64,000 bases of DNA. Source: an archaeon. GTDB lineage: Archaea; Iainarchaeota; Iainarchaeia; Iainarchaeales; JAAZKV01. Location: the NCBI GenBank assembly GCA_041650735.1, contig JBAZKP010000001.1, forward strand, positions 163,076 through 227,075, given 5' to 3'. This document shows, one piece after another, positions 18,581-26,932 of this stretch. The translations under genes and the position numbers were made by a program. The notes under the pieces were generated by a model, which worked only from the letters and a program-made list of their open reading frames with translations, was not told the DNA's origin and searched no databases. Each line of letters opens with the position of its first letter. Position 1 is the first letter of the stretch.

Positions 18581-18895
18581 ATGAAAGGACAAATAGCATT
18601 AGAAAGCCTGATTCTAATTCTCGTTGTATTAACAGCAACCATATTAATAACAGGACTCTACATGCAGACACATGATAATACAATGGCAATAAGCATTACA
18701 CGAGAAGAAATACTAAGCCAAATAAGTACTAAGAAAGAAAACATAGTGATTGATTACATTAAAATAGAAAATAATCTCTCAAGCACAGATATAATAATAA
18801 AAACAACTCCTCTGACTTCATTTAACACCGAACAAATAAAACAAAAAATTGCTTCAATGACAAAATACCAAAACCCAAACATAATACTAAAATGA
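18581..18895 (+). CDS. Pilin-like protein with class III signal peptide (minor pilin candidate)
   Basis: MKGQIALESLILILVVLTATILI N-terminus. 4-nt spacer from the upstream gene. Confidence 0.65.
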   Translation: MKGQIALESLILILVVLTATILITGLYMQTHDNTMAISITREEILSQISTKKENIVIDYIKIENNLSSTDIIIKTTPLTSFNTEQIKQKIASMTKYQNPNIILK

Positions 18896-18988
18896 ATACA
18901 AAATCAAGCCATTTCTCCAGAAACACTCATTTCGACACTTAACGAAAAAAAACTTATTCTTTTATTCCTGCCAAAAACTCCTTTCCTA

Positions 18989-19351
18989 ATGAATGATAAA
19001 ACACTTTCAAAAATATGCCTCACAATAACTCTTACAGGAATGCTTTTTCTTGCTTTAACTTATAAACCGGAATTTGAAGAAACAACAGTTTCAAACTTAA
19101 TACAAAAAGAAAATTCCAAAGGAATAATTTTTGGAAAAATTGAATCAATAATAAAAACAGGGCAAACAACAATATTCATCCTAAATGATTCAAATAAAGT
19201 ACTAATTTATTACCCAAAAACAATTGAAATTGAAGAAAATGATTTTGTAAAAGTATATGCGGAAAACAATTCAAAAGAAATTACTGAGGAAAAATATTCT
19301 TCAAAAAAGAAAGAACTAATGCTCTTTGCTTACAAAGTGATAAAAGAATGA
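18989..19351 (+). CDS. Membrane-anchored small protein, possible OB-fold domain
   Basis: N-terminal TM helix (ICLTITLTGMLFLAL) followed by a beta-rich ~80-aa domain. Its stop overlaps the next start (ATGA at 19348-19351). The fold assignment is a guess. Confidence 0.4.
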   Translation: MNDKTLSKICLTITLTGMLFLALTYKPEFEETTVSNLIQKENSKGIIFGKIESIIKTGQTTIFILNDSNKVLIYYPKTIEIEENDFVKVYAENNSKEITEEKYSSKKKELMLFAYKVIKE

Positions 19352-20511
19352 TTCTGCTCTGGTGCCTGCTAGGAGCAGGAATAGGGCTCATTGCAGGTCT
19401 TATTCCTGGATTACATTCAAACAATATAGCTGTTATTTTGGCAGCAACCCCTTTTTTTGGGAAAGAAATAACCGCATTCATGCTAAGCCTCTGCATAACA
19501 CAAGCATTTACTGAATTCATCCCAGCAGTATTTATCGGCGCTCCGGGAGAAAATACTTTTGAAAGTATTCTTCCCGCGCACAGAATGCTAATGCAAGGAA
19601 AAGCGTTTGAAGCAATCTGCCTGACAACAACTGGAGCCCTCACAGCAGTAATCGCAGGCTCACTCCTCACCCCCCTATTTTTTATGTTCATAGAACAAAA
19701 TTCCCAACAAATAATTGCAATAACGCCAATAGTGCTAATTGCCGCACTAATAATGTTTATTGCGGGAGAACAAACAATAAAGAAAAAACTTGTTGTGATA
19801 TTTGTAATAATTGCAGCAGCAAGCCAGGGAATATTATTCAAAGAACAAGTATTCCCTTTAATTACAGGCTACTTTGGGATAGCAGGAACACTTTATTCAT
19901 TAAAAGAAAAACCGTTTAATGCAAAACAAAACACTAATGCTGAAATAAATCCAAAAATAATCCTGGATTCATTAATAGGAATAACTGGCGGAGCGATAGT
20001 ATCCATAATGCCGGGAATAGGCAGCAATACTGCTGCAGGAATAATTAACCTCTTTAGAAAAACAAAAAGCACTGAAAAATACCTGGCCATGCTAGGCGCA
20101 ATAAATGCATCAAATTTCTTTTTCTCCTACGCAACAATGTTAGCACTGGATAAAGCAAGAAATGGGACCATGCTGGCACTACAAGAGAAAATATTTCACA
20201 CAACGGATACACTTTTTTTAGGCACAATAATAATGGTAACTTCTGCAGGAATAGGTGGCTTAGCAGCAATAATTCTTGCAAAAAAAGCGATTATCCTTTT
20301 TGAAGAAAAAGTCACGCAAAAAATGTCAATAGCAACAATAATCCTCATGATAATACTAGTAGGTTTTTTCAATGGAATAACCGGGCTTACAGCAATGGTA
20401 TTTGCAACATCACTAGGCTTATTTACAATAATATCTGGAATAAGAAGAAGCACCTGTATGTCCTCTCTTATAGTACCAGTACTGTTTTTCTATGTTTTTA
20501 CACTAATTTAA
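19348..20511 (+). CDS. TctA-like (DUF112/COG1784-type) polytopic membrane protein
   Basis: Two copies of the G-x-hydrophobic-PG-hydrophobic-(G/H)-S-N signature (GLIPGLHSNN and SIMPGIGSNTAAG) in a ~10-TM protein. Confidence 0.45.
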   Translation: MILLWCLLGAGIGLIAGLIPGLHSNNIAVILAATPFFGKEITAFMLSLCITQAFTEFIPAVFIGAPGENTFESILPAHRMLMQGKAFEAICLTTTGALTAVIAGSLLTPLFFMFIEQNSQQIIAITPIVLIAALIMFIAGEQTIKKKLVVIFVIIAAASQGILFKEQVFPLITGYFGIAGTLYSLKEKPFNAKQNTNAEINPKIILDSLIGITGGAIVSIMPGIGSNTAAGIINLFRKTKSTEKYLAMLGAINASNFFFSYATMLALDKARNGTMLALQEKIFHTTDTLFLGTIIMVTSAGIGGLAAIILAKKAIILFEEKVTQKMSIATIILMIILVGFFNGITGLTAMVFATSLGLFTIISGIRRSTCMSSLIVPVLFFYVFTLI

Positions 20512-20513
20512 TT

Positions 20514-20882
20514 ATGTGGGCAATAAAAAAAAGTGTTCTGCTTAACGCATGCTCTTCAGCAATAAATTTTATTCCTGACGAATTCATGTGCTTTCTAGGA
20601 GGTAATAAAAAAACAAAAATAATAGATGAAATCATTTTTATGCCAACCGAAAATTCAGAGCACTCTGTAAGCGTTAATGAACTCAACATACCATTTGATG
20701 ACACAATTCTAGGAAGCCTGCACTCCCACCCGTTTAGCTCAAACAAGCCAAGCAAGGAAGACAAAAGGTTCTTTAGAAAATATTCTGTTAATGTTATACT
20801 TGGTTACCCCTATTCAATAGAAACCACTGGATTTTACGATGAAAAAGGGGGAGAAATAAAAATAATATTAATAGAAGGATAA
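20514..20882 (+). CDS. JAB/MPN (JAMM) metalloprotease domain protein
   Basis: JAMM motif GSLHSHPFSSNKPSKED (H-x-H-x7-S-x2-D) with an upstream Glu (PTENSEH). 122 aa. Starts 2 nt after the upstream stop. Confidence 0.7.
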   Translation: MWAIKKSVLLNACSSAINFIPDEFMCFLGGNKKTKIIDEIIFMPTENSEHSVSVNELNIPFDDTILGSLHSHPFSSNKPSKEDKRFFRKYSVNVILGYPYSIETTGFYDEKGGEIKIILIEG

Positions 20883-20920
20883 AAACACAAAATTAAAAGG
20901 GCTAAATACATAATCTTATT

Positions 20921-21358
20921 ATGCAAAAAGCGCAAATAAGTTTAGACCTTTTACTTACCCTAATAATAGCAATAATAATAATTTCTTCTTTTAACGGGCT
21001 AACAGAAAACTTCAGGATTGACAAAGAAAAAATGCTTGTAGAGCAACAATTAAATGACATTACCCTAAAAACGGCTTCAGTTATAACTTCAACACAGTCA
21101 CTTGCAGATACAAACTTTTACATTGAACTGGCAATAAACAAAATACAATACGTGGATGAAAAAGGAAACACCCACAACATTTACCCTGATATTGTTTACA
21201 TGCCTGATGATAAAAAATTAGCCCTTTCAACAGTAATATCAACAAAATACGGGTCAATTGACATTAATTCATTCGCATATATTTCAAAAACAAGCAACAC
21301 TGATATTAACACCATTCCAATAAGGACAAAAGGATTCATGGTGATAAAAAATGTATAA
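20921..21358 (+). CDS. Pilin-like protein with class III signal peptide (minor pilin candidate)
   Basis: MQKAQISLDLLLTLIIAIIIISS N-terminus. Confidence 0.6.
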   Translation: MQKAQISLDLLLTLIIAIIIISSFNGLTENFRIDKEKMLVEQQLNDITLKTASVITSTQSLADTNFYIELAINKIQYVDEKGNTHNIYPDIVYMPDDKKLALSTVISTKYGSIDINSFAYISKTSNTDINTIPIRTKGFMVIKNV

Positions 21359-21863
21359 AGGCCAAATATTCTCGACAGATTTACTGTTTGCAATGGTAAT
21401 AATGATTCTCTGCCTTGGAACCATAGTCAGCGCATATGAATTTAATCTTTACAATCAAAAACAACATGACATCCAAAAAGATTTAAAAGAAAAAACAGAA
21501 ACAGCAATAATAATCCTTACAAACTCAGTAGCAAACTGCCAAATAAATGATTTTAATGGACGCACAATGTCATTGGCTTACTCAATAAATACGAACAAAC
21601 TTACAACCCTTGCAGCAAATCCCAAAGCACTAAAAGAAGCTCTCGCGATTCAAGATTTAAACCTGCAAATAAAATTATCAACCAGCGGGATAATCATTAA
21701 TGAAGAAATTAATGCACAAAATATTGTGGGAATAGACCTAAGCATAATGACATGCAATTCAAGCGCAACAATGAGTGACTTAAATGAATGCATAAATTCA
21801 TCAAGCCCGTGCAATAATCCAAACATAAAAATGCAGACACTTAGCCTGAAGGTGGAAAAATGA
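21351..21863 (+). CDS. Pilin-like protein with class III signal peptide (minor pilin candidate)
   Basis: MYKGQIFSTDLLFAMVIMILCLG N-terminus. 8-nt overlap with the upstream gene. Confidence 0.6.
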   Translation: MYKGQIFSTDLLFAMVIMILCLGTIVSAYEFNLYNQKQHDIQKDLKEKTETAIIILTNSVANCQINDFNGRTMSLAYSINTNKLTTLAANPKALKEALAIQDLNLQIKLSTSGIIINEEINAQNIVGIDLSIMTCNSSATMSDLNECINSSSPCNNPNIKMQTLSLKVEK

Positions 21864-22138
21864 AAGGATTCATGTTCTCAATAGAATCCTTTATGGCTGT
21901 TTCGGTGGTTATTCTAGCAACAACCATGCTATGGTACTCAAGCACATTAATCCAACAAGAAACAAATAATATTCAAATACAACAACAAAGCGAAGAAATG
22001 TGCACCATTTATTTTAATCTCCCCCAGCAACAATCAAACCCAAACAATTACACTCAATACTGCGGGAAAGTAATTTCTTACGAATCAGCAACAAAGCAAT
22101 TTTATGACAAAGATATTTGTATAGGAGTGGTAAAATGA
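21860..22138 (+). CDS. Pilin-like small protein (minor pilin candidate)
   Basis: MKGFMFSIESFMAVSVVILATT N-terminus. ATGA overlap with the upstream gene. Confidence 0.5.
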   Translation: MKGFMFSIESFMAVSVVILATTMLWYSSTLIQQETNNIQIQQQSEEMCTIYFNLPQQQSNPNNYTQYCGKVISYESATKQFYDKDICIGVVK

Positions 22139-22539
22139 AAACAAAAGGTTTTGCTGGAGCAATACTCATGCTTGCAATACTCTTGTCAGTTGCACTCCTC
22201 TTAAACGCAAATAACGAAACACGAAACGCTCCCTCCTACAAAGAAATTCTGCCCGAAGCAAAAATTGTGCTAAATAATTATGAATTAGCACTCAAACAAG
22301 CTGTGCGGGATTGTGATTGGGAATTAAGTAAAGATGAAATACGTGCATGCATTGACAGTAGCGCCACTGCCTTATTATTAAAAAGCAATTCCTTAAATAT
22401 GTTCAAATGCTCAAAAACCAATGCGACAAACCACTCAATGAAAAAATTTTATATTGACCTGAACTGTTCCGAAATAGTCGAGAAAAACTGGAAAACAAGC
22501 ATAAAACTTGATGTCAACAAAAGAATCTACATAGGCTAA
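22135..22539 (+). CDS. Pilin-like protein (minor pilin candidate)
   Basis: MKTKGFAGAILMLAILLSVALLL N-terminus. ATGA overlap at 22135-22138 and GGAG upstream. The ORF track starts earlier, at 22117. Confidence 0.5.
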   Translation: MKTKGFAGAILMLAILLSVALLLNANNETRNAPSYKEILPEAKIVLNNYELALKQAVRDCDWELSKDEIRACIDSSATALLLKSNSLNMFKCSKTNATNHSMKKFYIDLNCSEIVEKNWKTSIKLDVNKRIYIG

Positions 22540-22600
22540 AATTAAATACCCAAACAATACAAAATGGAAGTTTTTATTCCTTTCTACAAGGTAATTATTT

Positions 22601-24352
22601 ATGAATGCAAAAAAACGAATTGCTGTCATAGACTATGATTCATGCAACTATGACAAATGCGGCAATTACTTGTGCGAAAAAGTGTGCCCTGTGAACAGAA
22701 CAGGCAAAAAGTGCATTACCCATGAAGAACTAAAAAAACCAGTAATTTCTGAAGAACAATGCATAGGATGCGAAATATGCCAAAACAGATGCCCGTTCAA
22801 AGCAATAAGCATAGTAAATCTTTCATTCAACCTTAATGAGCCAATACATTCTTTTGGAAAAAACATGTTCCGCCTCCATGGATTGCCTTCCCCCCAACAA
22901 AAATCAGTTCTTGGGCTCTTAGGAAGAAACGGGATAGGAAAAACAACTATTGCAAAAATATTTTCAGGAACAATAGTGCCGAACCTAGGGGAAAAGGAAG
23001 CAAACAAACAAAAAGTAATTGATTATTATAGAGGAAAAGAAATGCAAGAATTTTTCAAAAAATTATATGCAGGAGAACTAAAAGTTTCATTAAAACCACA
23101 AAATATTGAAATGATGAAACTAAATGGGACAGTAAGAGAATTGCTCGAAAAAATTGATGAAAAAAAAATGCTTGACAAAGTTGCCAAAGAACTTAATATT
23201 GAAAACATACTTGAAAGAAACGCTTCCCAGCTATCAGGAGGAGAATTTCAGAAAATTGCAATAGCTGCCACGGGGCTAAAAAATGCTGATTTATATTTTT
23301 TTGATGAACCCAGCTCGTTCCTTGATATAAGAGAAAGAATCAGGGCGGCAAAATTCATAAGATCATTAGCTGAAACTGCAGCAGTAATAGTAATAGAACA
23401 CGATTTAGTTCTCCTTGATTACCTTTCAGATTACGTGAACCTGATGTATGGAAAACCAAGAGTATATGGTTTTGTTTCAAAAGTAAAAACAAACAGGGAA
23501 GGAATAAATATTTACCTTGATGGTTACTCAAAAGACGAAAACTACCGCTTCAGGGACAACGAAATCAATTTCTTTTCACACCAAAGAAACGAGAAAAAAG
23601 AGCGAAAAGAAAAAATAATTGAATGGTCTGAAATGCAAAAAAAACTTGGAGAATTTGAACTAAATGTAGAACAAAATAGTGTAAAGAAAAATGAAATAAT
23701 AGGAATAGTTGGGCCTAACGGAATTGGAAAAACAACTTTTATGAAAATACTTGCCGGAGAACTAAAACCAGAAAATACAACCCTTGAAACAAGCGTAAGA
23801 ATTTCCTACAAGCCCCAATATATTTCATACACTGGAGAAAAAACTGTATATGAATTATTTGAAGCAGGAACAGTCCCTGAAATAAAACAAACCCTATTAA
23901 AGCACTTGGAACTGGAAGAACTGCTTGAAAAAAAAGCAAAAAATCTTTCAGGAGGAGAATTACAAAGATTATCAATTGCTTTATGCCTAAGCAAAAAAGC
24001 CGATTTATACCTGCTTGATGAACCATCAGCCTACCTTGATATAGAACAAAGACTTGCAGTTGGAAAAGCAATAAAAAATCACATTGACATAACAGATTGC
24101 TCTGCACTAGTAATTGACCATGATTTGTCATTTATTGATTATTTAAGCGACAAAATAATGGTTTTTTCTGGAGAACCTGCAAAAAAAGGAAAAGCAGAGG
24201 GCCCATTCAGGGTTGATGACGGAATGAACAAACTACTGAAATACCTTAATATCACAATGCGTAGAGAAAAAGAATCCAAAAGACCGCGTATAAATAAACA
24301 AGACTCGGTACTTGACAGGGAACAAAAACAATCAGGAAAATATTATAATTAA
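22601..24352 (+). CDS. abce1: ABCE1 / RNase L inhibitor-type ribosome recycling ATPase
   Basis: N-terminal 4Fe-4S ferredoxin Cys clusters (CPVNRTGKKC, CIGCEICQNRCP). Two ABC cassettes: GRNGIGKTT and GPNGIGKTT, plus LSGGE twice. Confidence 0.93.
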   Translation: MNAKKRIAVIDYDSCNYDKCGNYLCEKVCPVNRTGKKCITHEELKKPVISEEQCIGCEICQNRCPFKAISIVNLSFNLNEPIHSFGKNMFRLHGLPSPQQKSVLGLLGRNGIGKTTIAKIFSGTIVPNLGEKEANKQKVIDYYRGKEMQEFFKKLYAGELKVSLKPQNIEMMKLNGTVRELLEKIDEKKMLDKVAKELNIENILERNASQLSGGEFQKIAIAATGLKNADLYFFDEPSSFLDIRERIRAAKFIRSLAETAAVIVIEHDLVLLDYLSDYVNLMYGKPRVYGFVSKVKTNREGINIYLDGYSKDENYRFRDNEINFFSHQRNEKKERKEKIIEWSEMQKKLGEFELNVEQNSVKKNEIIGIVGPNGIGKTTFMKILAGELKPENTTLETSVRISYKPQYISYTGEKTVYELFEAGTVPEIKQTLLKHLELEELLEKKAKNLSGGELQRLSIALCLSKKADLYLLDEPSAYLDIEQRLAVGKAIKNHIDITDCSALVIDHDLSFIDYLSDKIMVFSGEPAKKGKAEGPFRVDDGMNKLLKYLNITMRREKESKRPRINKQDSVLDREQKQSGKYYN

Positions 24353-24356
24353 AAAA

Positions 24357-24809
24357 CTAATCAAAAAAAGCTCTTTGGGAAATAGGGGCAAGAATACTTT
24401 TAAGTATCCTTGAAGAATTAACAAACTTAAAATCAGAATGCTCTTTACTCAAATATACTTTTCCTTTCGTTTTACAAAAGAAAATAGTTAATTCAACAGT
24501 TGATTTTTTTCCACGAAAAAGCTCTGAAAAAGTCACTTTCTTCAGAACACTTAAAGAAGAACACATACAACCAGTTTCTTCAAAAAGCTCTCTCCTAATG
24601 GCTTGATTTGCTGTTTCCTTTCCCTCTGCTTTCCCGCCAGGAAGCTGCCATTTACCCACATAAAGAGAGTTATTACCGCTACGCTTCAAAAGAAGAACCC
24701 TACCACGAGAATCCTTTACTATAGCCTCAACTATTTTCACAGAAGACTTTGCTTTTGAATCCCCCTTTTTTTTACTAAATTTTGCTGACATGCAGACTAA
24801 TACAGGCAT
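24357..24809 (-). CDS. NUDIX hydrolase
   Basis: Nudix box GGKAEGKETANQAIRRELFEETG. Confidence 0.8.
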   Translation of the reverse strand: MPVLVCMSAKFSKKKGDSKAKSSVKIVEAIVKDSRGRVLLLKRSGNNSLYVGKWQLPGGKAEGKETANQAIRRELFEETGCMCSSLSVLKKVTFSELFRGKKSTVELTIFFCKTKGKVYLSKEHSDFKFVNSSRILKSILAPISQRAFFD

Positions 24810-24847
24810 AAAGTGAATTTAAAACTATTTCTCGGCAAAAAGACTTT

Positions 24848-25882
24848 ATGAGAATACTAAAAATAGACCAAAAACAAAGGGAAATTACATGCATCCCAGA
24901 ATCTATGGACGATTTATGGCACCTCGAAAAAATAATTGACAAAGGGGACATTATTTATGGTTCAGCTGACAGGAAAATAAAGCCAAGCAAAGAAGGAGAA
25001 AAAGCTGAAAGAATAAAACTATTTATTGAGTTACAGGCTGAGGAAGCACATTTCCAAGAATACAGCGAAAACCTGCGAATTAACGGCATAATACTTGGAG
25101 GAAAACCTGAAGAATTCATTGAACTAAAAACCCACCAAAGCATTGAAATCAAAACAGGGGAAAAAATAAAAATACAAAAAAAAGAATTAATGAAATGGCA
25201 AATAGAGCGATTAAAAAAAGCAGAACAAACAAGTGTTGCATCAAAACTGCTTATTGTATTGCTTGATGACGAACAAGCAGAACTCGCGTTTGTCAACCAA
25301 TACTCAATAAACAAAAAAGCAATAGTAAAAGAAAACAAAAAAGGAAAACGATTTGAACAAGAAAAAAGCAATTATTTTGATACAATACTTGAAAAAATCA
25401 AGCTCTTAGAGCCAAAAAAAATCCTTCTCGTTGGACCAGGATTTGTGAAAGAAAACCTAAAAAAATTCATTGACGACAAAAAAATAAAAGGATTCCCTGC
25501 TTTGCTTGTTGAAACAACAAATTCAGTGGGCGAAACGGGATTTAACGAAATTATTTCACAAGGAAAACTCGAAAAAATAGAACACAAACTCCAATTATCA
25601 AAAGAATCCCAAACAATACAAGATTTTTTGGCAAAAATCTCAAAAGGGAAAGCGGAATATGGCAAAGAAAAAGTAAAAGAAGCAATTCAGCTAGGAGCTG
25701 CAGAAAAACTCATACTTGCAGAAACTTATTTAATGCAAAACAGGGCAGAAGCAGAAGAAATGCTTGCACTTGCGGAAAAATACGGGTGTGAAACAGAAAT
25801 CATTTCCTCGCGCAACACACAAGAAAAACAAATACAAGGCTTCGGCGGAATAGTTGCAACGCTAAGATACAAATTGGAATGA
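24848..25882 (+). CDS. pelA: Pelota (Dom34) mRNA surveillance / ribosome rescue factor
   Basis: N-terminus MRILKIDQKQREITCIPESMDDLWHL and an eRF1-like central and C-terminal layout (LLVGPGFVKE). 344 aa. Confidence 0.85.
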   Translation: MRILKIDQKQREITCIPESMDDLWHLEKIIDKGDIIYGSADRKIKPSKEGEKAERIKLFIELQAEEAHFQEYSENLRINGIILGGKPEEFIELKTHQSIEIKTGEKIKIQKKELMKWQIERLKKAEQTSVASKLLIVLLDDEQAELAFVNQYSINKKAIVKENKKGKRFEQEKSNYFDTILEKIKLLEPKKILLVGPGFVKENLKKFIDDKKIKGFPALLVETTNSVGETGFNEIISQGKLEKIEHKLQLSKESQTIQDFLAKISKGKAEYGKEKVKEAIQLGAAEKLILAETYLMQNRAEAEEMLALAEKYGCETEIISSRNTQEKQIQGFGGIVATLRYKLE

Positions 25883-25886
25883 GATT

Positions 25887-26537
25887 ATGCTTAATCACCC
25901 CATAAAAAAAGAAGAATACAAACTCTTGCTCAAACTCGACAAAAAAGTCTATCCTACCGCTAACCCAATAAATAAAAAAATTTTAAACAATTGGTATGCA
26001 AAAAACCCTGAATTCGGGATAATGTTTAAAGAGAAAGGAAAGCTTCTCGGGATTTGTGCAGCAATTCCCTTAAATGAAAAAGGGTGGGAAAAACTAACAA
26101 ACGGCAAACTGGCTGAAGCAGGGCTTAAAGAAAACACAATATTTGATAATAAGCGAGACCGAGAAATAGGGATACATATTTACCATATTGAAAAAATCGA
26201 CGCCCAGGCAAAACAAATTTATATTGAAAGCCTCAAGGCACTGAGAAAAATACTTATCGAGCTAAGAAAAAATAACCCCACGCTCAAAGCAATTGGCTTT
26301 TCAGGATTGTGTGTGACAAAGGAAGGAATCAATTTATTTGAAAACAAATTGAATTGCTCTGAAAAAACTTTTATAAACAAAGAAAACATATTTGAAAATG
26401 AAAAAGGGCAAATAATTGTAAAAGCAAATAAAACAGGCAAAATATGTGCGCCCAAAGAATACAAATACAAAAACAGGTGCAAAATGCTTGTTACTACCCC
26501 TAAAGAAAAAAGTATTGTGTGGAAGTATCTTCAATAA
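25887..26537 (+). CDS. Hypothetical protein, possibly GNAT-like
   Basis: 216 aa. Weak resemblance to an acetyltransferase fold (GFSGLCVTKEGINLFENKL). Not a secure call. Confidence 0.3.
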   Translation: MLNHPIKKEEYKLLLKLDKKVYPTANPINKKILNNWYAKNPEFGIMFKEKGKLLGICAAIPLNEKGWEKLTNGKLAEAGLKENTIFDNKRDREIGIHIYHIEKIDAQAKQIYIESLKALRKILIELRKNNPTLKAIGFSGLCVTKEGINLFENKLNCSEKTFINKENIFENEKGQIIVKANKTGKICAPKEYKYKNRCKMLVTTPKEKSIVWKYLQ

Positions 26538-26539
26538 AA

Positions 26540-26899
26540 TTACTCAGCCCTAAGCTCAAACCATTCAACTTTCTTTTCCTTCACAAGTTCTTTTACTCTT
26601 TTTTGGGACTCATTTAATTGACTCTTATTGGTTTTGAATTCCACAAAAACAATTTTATCATCTTCAAAGGAAAGGCCATCAACAGGTTTGCCTATGAAAC
26701 GAAAATTCTGAGAATTATAAGGAAATTTTTCGCTAAAAGGAATCCATTGCTCGGTAAGCTGACCATATTTAACACTCTGTGATTGCTTTGAAAACAATAA
26801 ATCCTCATAGTTGCTTTTTAAAGATAAAAATAATTTTCCTAAAAAAAATAAAGCAACCAGCAGGAAAACAATTATAATTCCAAAAACAAGCTCAAACAT
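26540..26899 (-). CDS. Membrane-anchored endonuclease related to archaeal Holliday junction resolvase (COG4741/Endonuc_Holl-like)
   Basis: N-terminal TM helix. Then GQLTEQWIPFSEKFPYNSQNFRFIGKPVDGLSFEDDKIVFVEFKTNKSQLNESQ, which matches the family pattern as I recall it. Confidence 0.65.
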   Translation of the reverse strand: MFELVFGIIIVFLLVALFFLGKLFLSLKSNYEDLLFSKQSQSVKYGQLTEQWIPFSEKFPYNSQNFRFIGKPVDGLSFEDDKIVFVEFKTNKSQLNESQKRVKELVKEKKVEWFELRAE

Positions 26900-26932
26900 A
26901 AAATCACTATCCTACTTGCAATTTAACTTTAT

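Noticed and set aside
13022-19841. Long antisense ORFs inside the pilus operon (13022..13501, 15319..15840, 17454..18038, 19281..19841)
   Set aside because: Each is fully contained in, and antisense to, a gene with clear family motifs. Purine-rich coding strands in AT-rich genomes leave the antisense strand poor in stop codons.
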